This document shows positions 36,433 to 49,560 of a DNA stretch of 64,000 nucleotides, in pieces (within the stretch, counting starts at the first letter, position 1; each line of letters begins with the position of its first letter). The DNA is from Girardia tigrina (lineage: Eukaryota): positions 16,478 through 80,477 of the forward strand of contig MQRK01181236.1 of assembly GCA_001938485.1 (NCBI GenBank), given 5' to 3'. A program made the position numbers and the translations under genes. The notes under the pieces were generated by a model that saw only the letters and a program-made list of their open reading frames with translations, was not told where the DNA came from and searched no databases.

Positions 36433-39200
36433 TTTATAAAAATTTTTTTTATTAATAATATTATTTTTTCTCACTACTTATCGGAAACATTTTTTTTAAT
36501 TTCTAAATTTAAGTTACCCAATTATGCAGTAGAAATATATTATTTTGGTTATTTTACAACTACCTTCATAAAAAAACTTATATTTATATCTTTTCGTTTG
36601 TATTTAACTCAAAAATCTTCCATGTGTTTGGTAAGTGTAAAACGAGTTATTAAATGTACACGATATGTTGATTTAATAACTTGTTTTAACAAACGATATA
36701 TAAATTAATGTTTAAAATAAATTTTAATTTGATAAAACTATATTGAAAAATAATGAACTAACATAAAGTTCACAAATAAGTTCTGCTATATCAAAACAGG
36801 AATAAAGTTGTTTGTAAAATAATTGGAAAAATCGACATAAAATCTTGATAATTAGATTTGTTATTTGAATACATAATATCGGTGTTGGGTTCTTGATCAA
36901 TATTAGAATTCATTAACACCAAAAATTTATTAATAACACAATTAACAATTATTCAAACAATTTTTAGTTAACAAGTTTTGTTGTAATTAAAATTGTTGTT
37001 TTTAATAAAAATTTTTGTAGAGGAACTTTTCTATCGTTTTCTTTATGACCAGATTCTTATATAAAAATATGAAATTATAAATATAAATAAGTGATTTTAA
37101 AATTGAAAATTTTTAATTCTATTTATTTGAAAATTTTTTAATTCTATTTAATAAAAAATTTGTTGACATATTTTTACTAAATTATTCTTAATGATTTTTT
37201 ATTATTTTAGAATTAGTTTAATGTTATTGCTTTTTTTGTGAAACATTTCTAATTAATAAAGATTTTAACGTTTTATTTTTTTTCAATATTTAAGAATTTT
37301 ATTATTAATATTTAAAAGCATTTTTACCTACAATTATTTTAAATACCATACAATTTAAATACCAAAAAATAATTTATAGTATTTTATAGTATTTTACAAA
37401 TTTTATTATTATTACGATACGTTAATGATAAAAGTCTTAATTAAACTTTTTTTTACAAAACTATTTAGAATAATTTTTAAAATTATTACAACCTATTTTA
37501 TCCTTGTATTTATATATATATTTTTTTTAATCAATTATTTAAAAATTCATTATTTCCAAATTAATTTCATTTTAAGTTTTTTTTTACTCTTCAAATAAAA
37601 TTCGATTATTCTCGAAAATAACTTTTTAAAATTAATTACGATATATTTTTAAATTATAAATGTTTAGACAACTTTTGATTTTAAATATTTACCTATTTCA
37701 AATATTATTTATAAAATTATTTATTCAAAAATTTAAAGGAATGAGCTTTTCATATGAGTCCTTCACAAATGGGATAATTGTTCTGATCGACGATAAGATT
37801 GGCGGAAGAAGGGTTATAGCAAATATTGATTGAACTCTAGAGAGATTCTTCGAGTAAGAATCGATTGTTGGGTTTTGTTGAATTATTTTTGTTGTCGTTG
37901 TTTCTATAGACAATGGTCGATGACGACGAGTGAAGATAGAAATGAATAAATTGAAATTGAGATTGAGAAGGAGATTTGTGATAACAATTGTTGTTGGTGA
38001 ATTATTTTCTATTGATTTATTTGCAATTAAACTTTATTCTGTTCTTCGATACATGCGAATAGTTTTTCGGATTTGTTGCAATAAATTGCAGTGAATTAGA
38101 GAATTGTTGCAATAAAAATTTAAGATTTCGTAGTTACGTCTATAAAATTTTTAATATCGATTTTGTGAATTCATTTTTTATTGTTTCTTATTACTATATA
38201 TACATATATATAAATATATTGAATTTTATATAAATAAATGAGTGACTGTAGGTCACTACAGTAAGTATTTCTTGCGATTTTTATTCATTTTAATTTGTTT
38301 CTAGTACAAAATATACAAATTAGAAATGGAATTTTGTATTTAATCAGTATTTAAATTTATAATTACAGTGTAAATTTCAATGATTTGCATTCATTTAAAT
38401 AATTAATTAAATACTTAAATTAGCAATATTTAAATTAGAGTTCACGTTCACATAATAAAATAATATTTTTAGCATTTTGTAAAACTAGTTTATCTATTAC
38501 AAATTAATTTATATTTTCTATTGATACAGGTTAATAAAATATTTAGTTTTAACAAAAATAAATACAAAATATAAATGTTTAATAATAAAATTCAAGATAT
38601 ATTCAATATATAAACTAAATCTCGTTCTTTTATATTATTCTGGAACTTATTTTAATTCCATTGTTCATATATTTAACTTTTTGATATATTTTAGTTCCTT
38701 ATTTATCATATTATTCACATTTTGTATGCCTGTTCATCTTGGTAATTTTATAAATTTAGACAACCTATTTTAGTGCAAATAAGATATTTTCAAGGAAGGT
38801 GTAATATAGATATATTCAAATTATTTAAGGACAAAAATTTAATTTCATTGACAATTAATTAGATCACCAATTGACATTCTTTTTATCCTTCAAAGAATAT
38901 AAATCCTCCATGTTGTCCTCCTTTTTTTATCTTTCTTTAAAAAATAATATATGTTTTTAGTGTGAAGATTTTACTAAAACATCCAATCTTTTCTGTTGGG
39001 GTAGTCGGAGTGTACGATGGTAATTAGTCTGATTTAAAATGACTAGATTTGGTTAGCGAAAATTAAAAGTTAAGTGGTACGAAAAGTGGTAAATTAAAAA
39101 CAAATGACAAATTAAAAAATTGATGGTTTTAAAAATTCTTTTGGTTTGAATCTGCAAATATTGAATCGAATGTCGAATATTTGCAGGTCCCTAATGTATA

Positions 39201-39960
39201 CAGTCGAACCCACTTAACGCCACTATAAGTTAACATAGCCTTAATAAGAAAGATAGGAACGGATTGATAGAAGTATTATCCCGGTTATCATGTCCAAATC
39301 AGAATAATAATAAAATTAAAAAATTAAATAAAGTATCATAATAAAAATAAAATTAACTAATTTAAGTAAAATTAATTAAAAACTAAATTAGATAATTCTG
39401 ATAATTTCAGAAAACTTTTATTGACCTTTTTCCAGCAGAAGGAAACGTAAAGTGGTTAATGAAAAGAAACAGAAATAATTCCTTATCAAAATCACTTCTC
39501 TTTACACCACACCTCCAGTCTTCAAATAGACGATAAGGAGACGTCTGCATGAATTGGGTTTTTATGGAAGAGCTGGAAAGAAAAAATCATAGTGAGAAAA
39601 GCAGAAGAAGGTTATTATCGTGGTAAAAAAGCTTAAGTCTTGGACGCAGTAATAGTGGGTTGACATCGTATGGTCTGACGAGTCACGCTTTACATTATTC
39701 AAATCAGATGGTCAAGTGTATGTTTTGCAACAAAAAGAAAAGTGATACCATCCTGACTCCCAAGTAGGTTCAGAATCCACCACTATCCAGAATAAGTTTT
39801 ACAAAGTTTTTTTCAGGTTGTCAGTGTAATACACAGTGGAGTGTCGAGGATGGCAGAGGCTTGTTTTATTCGAGAGACGATCGGACTGCTGCTTTTGTGT
39901 GCCGAACGAGTCTATAGCCTGGAATATATCAAAATTTTAGAGAATGATACCATTCCCTTT
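39201..39960 (-). mobile_element. pogo-like relic
   Basis: TA|CAGTCGAACCC terminus plus decayed coding sequence. Confidence 0.3.
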
Positions 39961-41177
39961 TGTTGGTGGTGAGAGCGAAGACATTTCAACAAGACATTTC
40001 AACAAGTTTTACTGAATATCTTAATCATTTTTAAAATTTAATTTTTTTATAAAAACATGCTAATTTATTTTAAGAATACCAGGAAATATTAACTATTAAC
40101 TATTATTTGATTTTCGTAAAATTTTAATAATGATTTTATATTTAAGTTTTGATAAAGAATTTTAGTTAATCGATTCAGATATTTAAAAAAAATTTTAATA
40201 GTTTTTTTTTAATTTTTTAAAATTACGGGCCCTAGGTACGTACCTAGACTGCCTAGGCGTTAGTCCGCATGTGCTGTAAAAAAATTATTTTTTTAATATT
40301 TATTTTATTATTGTTTTTGGGACCTCGGCCGTTGGGTCGTGGTTGCACTCAATTATTCACAAGCCTTTTGCATATTTTTGAGTGTTTCATTAGGCGAATA
40401 ACCTGGTGCGCATATCTCTTCTTCGGGTATGGATGACCGATGCCTCAAAGGATCTCATCCACCCTTTACCATGGTTATTGTTTACAAATAGTTATTCACA
40501 GTGTTTAAATTTCATCAGATTAAGAAGAAATATTTTGAAATATTCACTAGAAATTAATTATTCCCTTAAATTTTCATCTGACATATTTCTGGGCTCATGT
40601 GAACTTTTCTTTTAAATTTCTTTTGTTAGAATATTTATGACTGCTGAAAAGCAATGTGTATATAAGAACTTATTATTTCTATTCTGTGTATAAATAATAA
40701 AATCGAACTATAATAACCGTTTTTTCACACTCGGAGTCTCATTAGGTCAATTAAAATAGTCTTCTTTTCATTCCCTGACTTTTAAAAATAGACAAAAAAT
40801 AAAATAATTTAATACATTTTATTATTATTTAATGAATATTCTTTTTTTCAAAAATCTAAAAACTTTAATTTATTTGAACTATATTTATTTAATTGATTTT
40901 AATTTTTAATTTACAAATCCGTTTTTTAATACTGAAATTGAAACAAAATATTTAAGAATTATTTTAATAGAAATGAATAAGAACACCTACATTTTTAAAA
41001 TTAAAACAATTTGTTCAATTTAGGTATTTCTTAACCGCCCACAATAAAATATTCTTTCAAGACAACGTATAACAAGCAATAATTAAATACAATTCTAATT
41101 ACAAAGGAAACAAATAAAAATAAAATTAACTAACCAGATAATAATAATGAATAAAAAGGATTAAAGTTTATAAATTC

Positions 41178-41576
41178 TGTTATGAGAATTCATACATTTA
41201 CTATTATTTTTGTTAATCAAACAATTGTGATCATTCCTGGGACAATCCATAGTTGAGTCTTCAGTCGCTGACACCAACAAGAATAGATTAATAATTGTTT
41301 TCCACTTTTCTGAATATGAAAAACCCTTTAAAATATTTATATCATGAATTTAATTGGTTAAAATTAAAAAACATTAATTATTTTAAAATATTAATTTGAT
41401 TTATTAATTAAATTAAATTAAATTAAAAATACATTTAAATTTTAAGTCTTAATTTGTATCAAATTAGTTTCAGATAAAAAGAATTAAAATATTAATCACC
41501 CATCTGAGTAGGAGAGACACAATCCCAAATCAACACACTACATGTAAACATATCAAATATTTAAATATTCCTCACA
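41178..41576 (-). mobile_element. Solo LTR, family A (diverged)
   Basis: TG...CA; shares CATCTGA.TAGGAGAG.CACAATCCCAAATCAACAC and AATATTCCTCACA with the other copies. Confidence 0.7.
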
Positions 41577-42083
41577 AGTACAATTTAGATAATTGAAAAG
41601 AAATTTTTAATTAAAATTGACATTTAAGAAGGAAAAAAGGAATTCCAAGAATTTATGGCAGTCGACCACCCAGAGAGGAAAAGCTGGAATATATAAATCA
41701 GTTCCAGTAAAAAAGAAAAATTAGAAAAAAAATTTAAAAAAAAATTAGAAAAATTCTAATCTGAACTAACTCGAAGAAAATTATTTAATTTAGATTTTAT
41801 TGGCTAAAATAAAATTACTTTTATAATCATTTTTAAACATAAATTGGATTTTAATTATTTAAAAATCATCAAAATCAGTGATATCTTCAATCAAATCTTC
41901 TTCTTGAATGCATACTGTTTGTCATGTGACTTTTCTCATACTGAGTTTGTGTATTTTATAACAATCTCGAAAATTATGACCTTCGTTTCCCTAAAGTTCT
42001 TCCTTAAACATCTTCCATTTAAAGGACAGATAACTTTCCAATGACCCACTTCTTCGTCATTGTAGAATTCTTTTGTAGAAAAA

Positions 42084-42125
42084 TAACCCTAACCCTAACC
42101 CTAACCCCTAACCCTAACCCTAACC
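42084..42125. repeat. Interstitial telomere-type repeat, about 7 x TAACCC
   Basis: TAACCC units with one TAACCCC variant. Confidence 0.9.
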
Positions 42126-42129
42126 TCTG

Positions 42130-42430
42130 GATGCCTCGTTTGATCCTTATGCAGCCGGAGATGCATAATCCCTCTTAAAGGCAATTGATTTTGAATTCTG
42201 TCTTGGTCTCACAGTGATGAGTGAATTCTTAGAGCTCTGTCATATTCTTTCTAAGGCTCTACAAAGAAAACACAATAATATACCCGCTGCGTCATCCTAA
42301 GTGAACTCACTGATTAGTGCAATCAAAGAGTAACGTTCTGAAAAGGCTTTTGATCAAAAGCCGAACAAATTGCTAACACCATTGACGTTCATAAATGATG
42401 ACCCACGGCAACGAAAAATATCCAATCAAT
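42130..42430 (+). mobile_element. hAT transposase relic
   Basis: FEFCLGL...ILELCHILSKALQRK...RSEKAFD in broken frames. Confidence 0.45.
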
Positions 42431-42919
42431 GTAAATCACAGGTAATGGAATAAATATCAATATTATATTATAGATTCTAAATATTACTCACATCAGATGT
42501 TACTCACTGGTCGAGAAAGATACAGATGTTCCTTTTCTATGGAACTATTGACCTGTTGTAATCAGCAACAGACATTCGTTTGATTGTCTCGTACTCCTCT
42601 GATGTTTCCGTCTTACTGTGGAAAGTAAGCCGTTTACTCGCGATAATATCCATGGGATGTGGGAGTCCAATGTCCAGGATGTCCATACGGATCTTTTCGA
42701 TTTTGTGTTTCTTCCTAACTATGCGCGTGCATATGTTATGAAGAGCATGCAATTTCAAAGGTAGATGTGCTATCACGAAATACAAAAATAAAAATTAATA
42801 AATTGTGCTCTTCACGACTGATATTATAGTATTGTGTCAAATCAGTTCTGCGACAATTCAAAATATTTTAATTAACAGTGAATTCTTTCTAGATCATAAA
42901 CATTTATTAAAAATGTTTT

Positions 42920-43210
42920 AAATTATTTTAAAGATACCTGGATTGTTCGGCCTGATAAAAGAGGAATTAAACAGCCCAAAGTTTGCAATTCATTTGTTGA
43001 ATGTATTTCAATACTACAATGAATAAACCTTGGCGGAGTATATACGCCAAGTTTCACATAATAGGTTTTCTAGTATGATTAATTCAACCCATCCAAATAT
43101 TTCGAAATTTATTAAAGCTTGAAAAAAAGAACAAAGTTTATATCGATTAAAAATTAAAGATATTCTAACGGGACACGAAAAGAAGACTACAAAAAAAGAA
43201 TTCAAAAAGT
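42920..43210 (+). mobile_element. MULE/MuDR transposase C-terminal relic
   Basis: YFKDTWI...PKFAI...HNRFSSMINSTHPNISKFIKA*KKEQ. Confidence 0.6.
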
Positions 43211-43918
43211 TTTTCGAGAATTTAGAAATCGAAAAATGCTGGAATATTTATGAGGTATATCACACAATTTTCAATTGCAAATCTAATTGAAATATTCAGC
43301 ATTTCATATCTTCATACTAATATTGTTGTATTTTTTGTTTGTCTCATTTTTAATATTGATAAATGCTTAAATCGTTTGTTTTTATATTCTATTAGTGATT
43401 GCTTTTTATAATATTTTTTAATTAAGCATTGCATATTATTTGATTAATATTGTCATGATTTTGATTTAAAGTCTTAAAACAAATTGATTAAGTTTATTAT
43501 TTTCATGCATTGAATTATCGTAATACTGAATAGTCTCTGCGTTTTTTTATTTAAAAGGCTTAATATTTGTTGGCCATCTTTTTTTAAGTTTTCGGTTTTT
43601 GTACTAGTAAATTTTGTGTGTGCTCAATTTTAAATATATGGTATTAAATATGTTATTCCAAATTAATTTTAAATTATTTGCAGTATTTTTTCAAAAAAAA
43701 GATTAAATAATATTGTAATATATTAAAATTAAAATATTACACAAATAAAAAATCAATTTTTAAATTAATAATTAATTAATCTATTTATGATAATTTTTTC
43801 TTGATTAAAGAATTTTTTTTGAAGGAAAAAATAATTCGATTTATCTAGGGATTTTTCAAAAATAATTTCCAATTTTTAAATTCATAAAAGCCAATTATTT
43901 ATTTTTCAAAAAAACAGA

Positions 43919-44311
43919 TTACAAAATATTACACATGTTACATTTCCACGAACACATATAAATATTATTATAATTTTTCGTGAGAATTATCGGTAAATCT
44001 GAACCAGGACTTGGAAATTCAATGGAATGAGATAACTTATAAAACTCTTGTAGACTATTATAATAAAACTGATACATTTCACAGTTGACCGGTTGAATAT
44101 ATTTTGGAAATGTTAAAGGATGATTTAATTTTGTAGCTTCAGTACTACAGTTGTCGAACTTTGTTTTTGAATCTAAAAAATCATCTTTTTGAACCTCTTC
44201 AACATTGTCGACGAACTCGGCTTCAAATAAATAGATTTTATTTTGAGTTAAATCAAAATGAATTTGTTTTTTGTTTTCTTCTTTTTCACAATTTTTTTGG
44301 AATTTTGTCAT
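43919..44311 (-). CDS. Orphan 130-aa protein or terminal exon with RVxF-like motif KQIHF
   Basis: Uninterrupted 130-codon ORF in very AT-rich DNA; ATG directly preceded by TTTTATTCAG (possible acceptor). Confidence 0.45.
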   Translation of the reverse strand: MTKFQKNCEKEENKKQIHFDLTQNKIYLFEAEFVDNVEEVQKDDFLDSKTKFDNCSTEATKLNHPLTFPKYIQPVNCEMYQFYYNSLQEFYKLSHSIEFPSPGSDLPIILTKNYNNIYMCSWKCNMCNIL

Positions 44312-44524
44312 CTGAATAAAATCAAATTATTATCAATACGATTTTTACTATAATTATGGACGATAATATAATATATATTAATAATATAATAATAATAATA
44401 ATAAAACAAATTAAATCATATAAATAAATGATAAATAATGTTTTATATTATTTGTGAATAAATTTAAAAAATAATGGCATTTTTTTCAAAAACCCAAAGA
44501 CATGCCATTTCGAAATATATTTTT

Positions 44525-44567
44525 GTAATAATATATTTCGACACTTTTACCGTCATCTTCAGGTCAC
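44525..44567 (-). ncRNA. Minimal hammerhead ribozyme, family 1
   Basis: GTGAC CTGAAGA T GAC-loop-GTC GAAA TATATT ATTAC. Confidence 0.7.
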
Positions 44568-44846
44568 TGTTTTTTAGTTTTTTTACTGTTTATATGTGTG
44601 AAATGGGTGATTATGTACTCTATTAAGTAAAATTAATCGAAAGCTTTTAAGAAATTGGTGAGTGCCGTTTGAAGATTAATTTTAAGATCACAAGTCCTTA
44701 TTAACAATAACTTTTAAAATGCTCGCACAGAATTTGAAATCCGTTATACTCAAATCACATTTACAAGTTTTTTTGTTAGAAATATTTCTCTTAGATTACA
44801 TACTCATCCATTCCACATATATAAACAGTAAAAAAGCTAAAAATCA

Positions 44847-44889
44847 GTGATCTGAAGATGACGGTAAACCCGTCGAAATATATTATGAC
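44847..44889 (+). ncRNA. Minimal hammerhead ribozyme, family 1
   Basis: GTGAT CTGAAGA T GACGG-TAAAC-CCGTC GAAA TATATT ATGAC. Confidence 0.75.
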
Positions 44890-46619
44890 AAAAAAAATTT
44901 TTAAAGTGGATGTTTTTTTGTTTTTTATATTATTTATTGGACATATTTATAAAAAAAATTTTCTGAATTTATTTGTTATAAAAATTGACTAGAAGTATTA
45001 GGGATTATTTCATCTTATTTAGAAAAAAAGAGTTTTTTGTTTTAATTAATACTCAGAATTGCTTGTGAAAAGAAAAATGAGAATGATTATTCTTCAAATT
45101 CCAATGATTGACAAATAACAATTATTAAAAGTTTTCCTTTTCACCTCCCTTTAATCAAATTTCGAAGACAGAAGTATTTAAATTTATTATTGTATATTGG
45201 ATGATATTTTGTAAGTATTAGAAATACGAAAGATATAACAAACTTTTCATTAATGACCCTGCTTTTAAACCTGACCAAAAAGAACTTACTCAAAAAACGA
45301 AAAATTTTATGGAACCATAAATGCTGTTAATAATATATTTAAGAAATATAATTATATGTATTGAATTATCTAACTTTTTATTATTAGTAAATAATAATAA
45401 TAATAATATAATAAACTATCAATTACATTGTAAAAATTTTATTTTCAAATAAGTTTATAATTTTAAAAAATATAATATTAAATAAGATGATATAGAAGTA
45501 AAATAAATGACAAAGAAAATATAGAAAATTATTAATTAATGAAATTTAATATTATAATTATATGAATATTTTCACAATTTTTACAAATATAATAAAACAA
45601 CTCACATGTTTGTAAATCACAAATTATTTTTTTGTTACATAGAAAATGATAATTCTGACGAGTAGGTTTATTTCGCTACAGACTCGTAGGTAAAAGCCTA
45701 CGTTTAATACTCAAAAAATATATTAATTTCAGTAAAGCTCTTTTTTAATAATTTAACACTTAAATATTTTATAAGAATAAAGATGACAAATTGTTGAAAA
45801 AAAATATGTTAATAATTTACATGAAAATTATTAAATTTACTATAAGAAATTGTAATATATTTTAATATTTATAATTCAAGAATAGGATATTTTATTAACA
45901 TTATAAATAAATATAAAAATATTCGTTTTTAATGATTTTAAGAAAATTTTTTGATTTCTGAATTAATTTAAAAAAAGAAACTCTTAATATTTCAAAATTA
46001 AATTTGGATTAATAAATTAAAGCTTTAAATGTCATAGTTTGAATTTATACTTTAAAATTTTATATATTTTACTGCAATCTTTTTTTCCAATAGACTTCAA
46101 ATGCCCCCGGCTACGATATTTGGAAAATAATGAGCACTAAAAACATTAAATTTTGTAGTGCGCTAAAATATTGATTAAAAATAAGCATTACACTATTATA
46201 TCTAAGACTTAATTTAATTGAAAATAAAAATACTAAAACCCAAAATATGAACTTGCTTTGATTCACATATTTTATATCATGTGTCTGAAAGTGTTGACTT
46301 GAAAACCTAACATCTTCGAAGTTCCTTTACAATCAATAAATTTTCTGACCACAAAATTCAAGATCTGATGAATTGATGCAAAAAGGGAATACCCGTAACT
46401 CATTTTCTGTAACATTAAATAGTTATCAATGGTGATTCCCAGTGGAATCGCTAAGTTTGGTGTCACCCCTCCAGATTTCGACCATAGATTTTTTCTTATT
46501 TATTCAGCATGTAATAAGTCTGCTGTATCAAAAGGACAAAAACAAAGAACAATTTAACTGGAGATCAGCGTGCATAAAGAACTGTAAAAACGTTAAGTAA
46601 TAGAAATTTATCCATTCTT

Positions 46620-47150
46620 TAAAATTTACCTTTCCTGGTCTGCAGACCAGAAAGCCTGGACTGTCCCACGGTGGATCATAAATAGTTCTTTATCAGCCTT
46701 TATTTTGAAAAGCTCCACTCACATGAAGCCACAGAAACACAGATCGTGGAAATAATTAAAGGTTTAGAGACAGTGTTGGAAGAGAATCTAAGAAGTTCTA
46801 TTCAGCTATAAATTGCAGAACAACAAACAAAAATTAATCCATGACTAAATATCAATTTCAGCTGCCTTCAGAATCCTTCTAAAGCTTGGTATTTATTTTA
46901 AAAGCTCGTCTTAAGATAAATCATTATAGAAAGAGGTTAATTTGGAAACGGACACCAATAACTCCTCTTGAGTTTTCGATAGAAGACAATTGGGTTGAAG
47001 AGCCGCAAACATATCTGCTACTTCCTTGAATACTTCTGATCTCATCTGGATTTCATAATAAAAGCAGTCAATACACTCCAATATTTCCCTACAATTTTCC
47101 CTACTGCTTTCTTTTCGCAGAAAGAGTGTAACTTCTCTCACTTGTTACCC
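46620..47150 (-). mobile_element. hAT transposase relic including the dimerisation domain
   Basis: TICVSVASCE.SFSK...NYL*STVGQSRL. Confidence 0.65.
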
Positions 47151-48302
47151 TCATTCTCTTCTTCAACCTTAATCTTCTGGCTACCCGGTAGATATTATAA
47201 ATATTATTAGAGTCTACTGTAAAAAATCTTGAATTATTTGGTTTGTCTAGAAAATTGTTGATCTTATAATTCTGTGTCAATTACTTATTTAGATTGTCTG
47301 GTTTTTGAAAAGCTGTTTCCGCACCATAGATTTCTATAAAGCTGATTTTAACACAATAAAATTATAGAGAACCCTAGAATATCTCATATCCAGAAAATCA
47401 ATATTTTTGGAAATTCTTCGTGAAAATGATATAATTAAAAAAAATATAATTAATAAGGAATAAAAAAATGTATTTTATACGAAAAAACCGAAAATTCATA
47501 AAATTATGACAAATATTAAGAAATACAAATTTGAATTTACACTTTCTCCTTTTTCAAACGATTATGGGTTCCTAAAAGTCATCGAGTAAAATGTCAATTT
47601 TGTTCCGCTGTTTGCAAATGTTCGCTTAAAAAAAGACACCAATGCAAATATGTGGCACTTGAAAAATTGGATAATTAAAAAACAATAACTGTTTAAAAAT
47701 AATAACAATTAAAAAAAATAGTTGTGTTTAGCTGAACTGTTAGTGTACAAAATTTTAAATCTTTTATAATTTCGAAGCGGGTGTCTCTATCAAGTAATGT
47801 TTTTCAACGTATCCGCCTTTCAAATCTTATGTCGTCATTTTCGATCCGTATACTTATAAAATCGGTCGGGCCGGACCTAACACCGCCTCACTTGGCGGAT
47901 CGGCACCCGGATGATTCCCCCGGATTCGTCGAGGGAACCATCTAGACACAAAACGATCCACCGATCGTCATCCGACCAGGACCGATCGGGTAACGGATCC
48001 CAGACCAATCCGATTCGAGGCTTTTCGGGACGCGCTTCGGGTGTCAATCAGACCGGGAGATCAAACTCGCGCATATGCTAGTGTGCAACCACTCGGTCGT
48101 GCTGGGTCACTGTAATCAACATTTGCTCCTGCAAACTCTTCTGGTTCATCGTTTCCTGCACGAATAAGAAGTCCATATCGTTGCAGCTCAGACCAGTAGT
48201 CTGCACTTCAAAATAACTTCCATTTTTCAATATTGCACTCCTCAAAATATAAATGATAAAAAAATTCAAGAGGAACAAAAGTTTTGAATTCAAAAGGACC
48301 CT

Positions 48303-49560
48303 ATTCAGGTGTGCGTATTTTTATTAATAACAAAACTTCTGTTTTGATTAATTTCTGTCATCCGAACTAGAAATAATTCTTTGACACTCGCATTGTCGTT
48401 TAAAAATATCGTTTTCACAAATCCAGATAATAGAGAAATAAATTTGCACCAATGACATTCAAAAAAATAATAGTAAAAAATTACCATGATGCTGAATTAT
48501 AAGCTGGCAGTGGTGTTTCAGTTTATCAAATTCATGTCTCATGATCTAACTACTCATACTGTCCTTGGAATCTTCCAAGAAGGTCTCCAAGGAATGAGAA
48601 TCAACGAAGACGATATTTTTGTGACGCATTTCTAGGAGAGGGAATATGAGGCGGTAGCAAATGTTAGTGTCGGGAGAGTATTTGGGTTGGTCAAGACGAT
48701 GGCAACGTTTCGTCTCCAGGAAGGTGTAGTTACCCTGGATACATGGACTGGCGCATTGTCATGAATCAGCGTCACATTTTCCCATTGGATGGCTTTTCTT
48801 GTCTGTTTCAGCTGGTTGGTGTTAAATGAATTGAAGGCGTCTTGTAGGAATTTTAAGTACATCTGTGACGTCACCGTGGTATTATTAAGCATTACGCGAA
48901 AAAAATGAAGACCGTCGAAGTTGACAGCCCAAAGAACCATCCAGTTCTTCGCCATTGGCATTTGCCTGGCGATTTGAGGAACATCACCGTCCGGGGGAAT
49001 CCAAGCTTTCCTGGAAGCTGCGTTCCCAATTCCACGCGCATAAAATTGCTTCTCATCAGTAAAGTCGAGGTTTTTCTGCATGTTTCTTTTGTCCATTGCC
49101 TCCACAATTTTCTGGCAGGAATTCACTCTGCGTTCTTAGGGAGCATCAGTCATATTGTGTGGGATCCACTTGCAATGAACACTGCGAAATCCAAAGTCGT
49201 TGTGGATGATGTCCATAATCATCTGTCTTGACGCATCAAATTTCATAGATAAATCTCTAATAGATATTCGAGAGTCAGCCAATAATTCAGCCTTCACTTC
49301 CCCAACTAAATGCAGTCTTTTCTCGGTTTTTGGACGACCATTTCCTTCAATGCGATCAAATGATGTTCTCATGCCATCTCCAAACTCTTTCATTATTCTT
49401 TGTACTTGTCGAAATCTGATTATATTTTCCTCCATACCGTTGTAAGAAGTTCATGTGTTTTACTTCCCTACTGGGACGTAGCCAGAATTTCATTTCGGGG
49501 GGTATATTGATTATTGTGTAATACTTTAAGCCAAACATACATAATCACACACAAACTGAT
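48303..49560 (-). mobile_element. mariner-family element with frameshifted transposase; one terminus visible
   Basis: RQVQRIMKEF HTH, GRPK, KWIPH, FTDEKQFY, HDNAPVH, QYSPDTN; terminus TA|TTCAGGTGTGCG. Confidence 0.85.

Larger units (their letters stand above)
44475..44935 (-). mobile_element. 5'-truncated Penelope-like element with inverted terminal repeats, each containing a hammerhead
   Basis: Arms at about 44475-44620 and 44790-44935 are inverted; the centre encodes KKTCKCDLSITDF..., as in the 15434 GIY-YIG C-terminus. Confidence 0.8.

Noticed and set aside
37725-38060. Intronless gene
   Set aside because: Multiple stops, low complexity and no recognisable motif
40232-40247. 16-bp palindrome CTAGGTACGTACCTAG as a regulatory site
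   Set aside because: The context resembles the subterminal region of a non-autonomous DNA transposon
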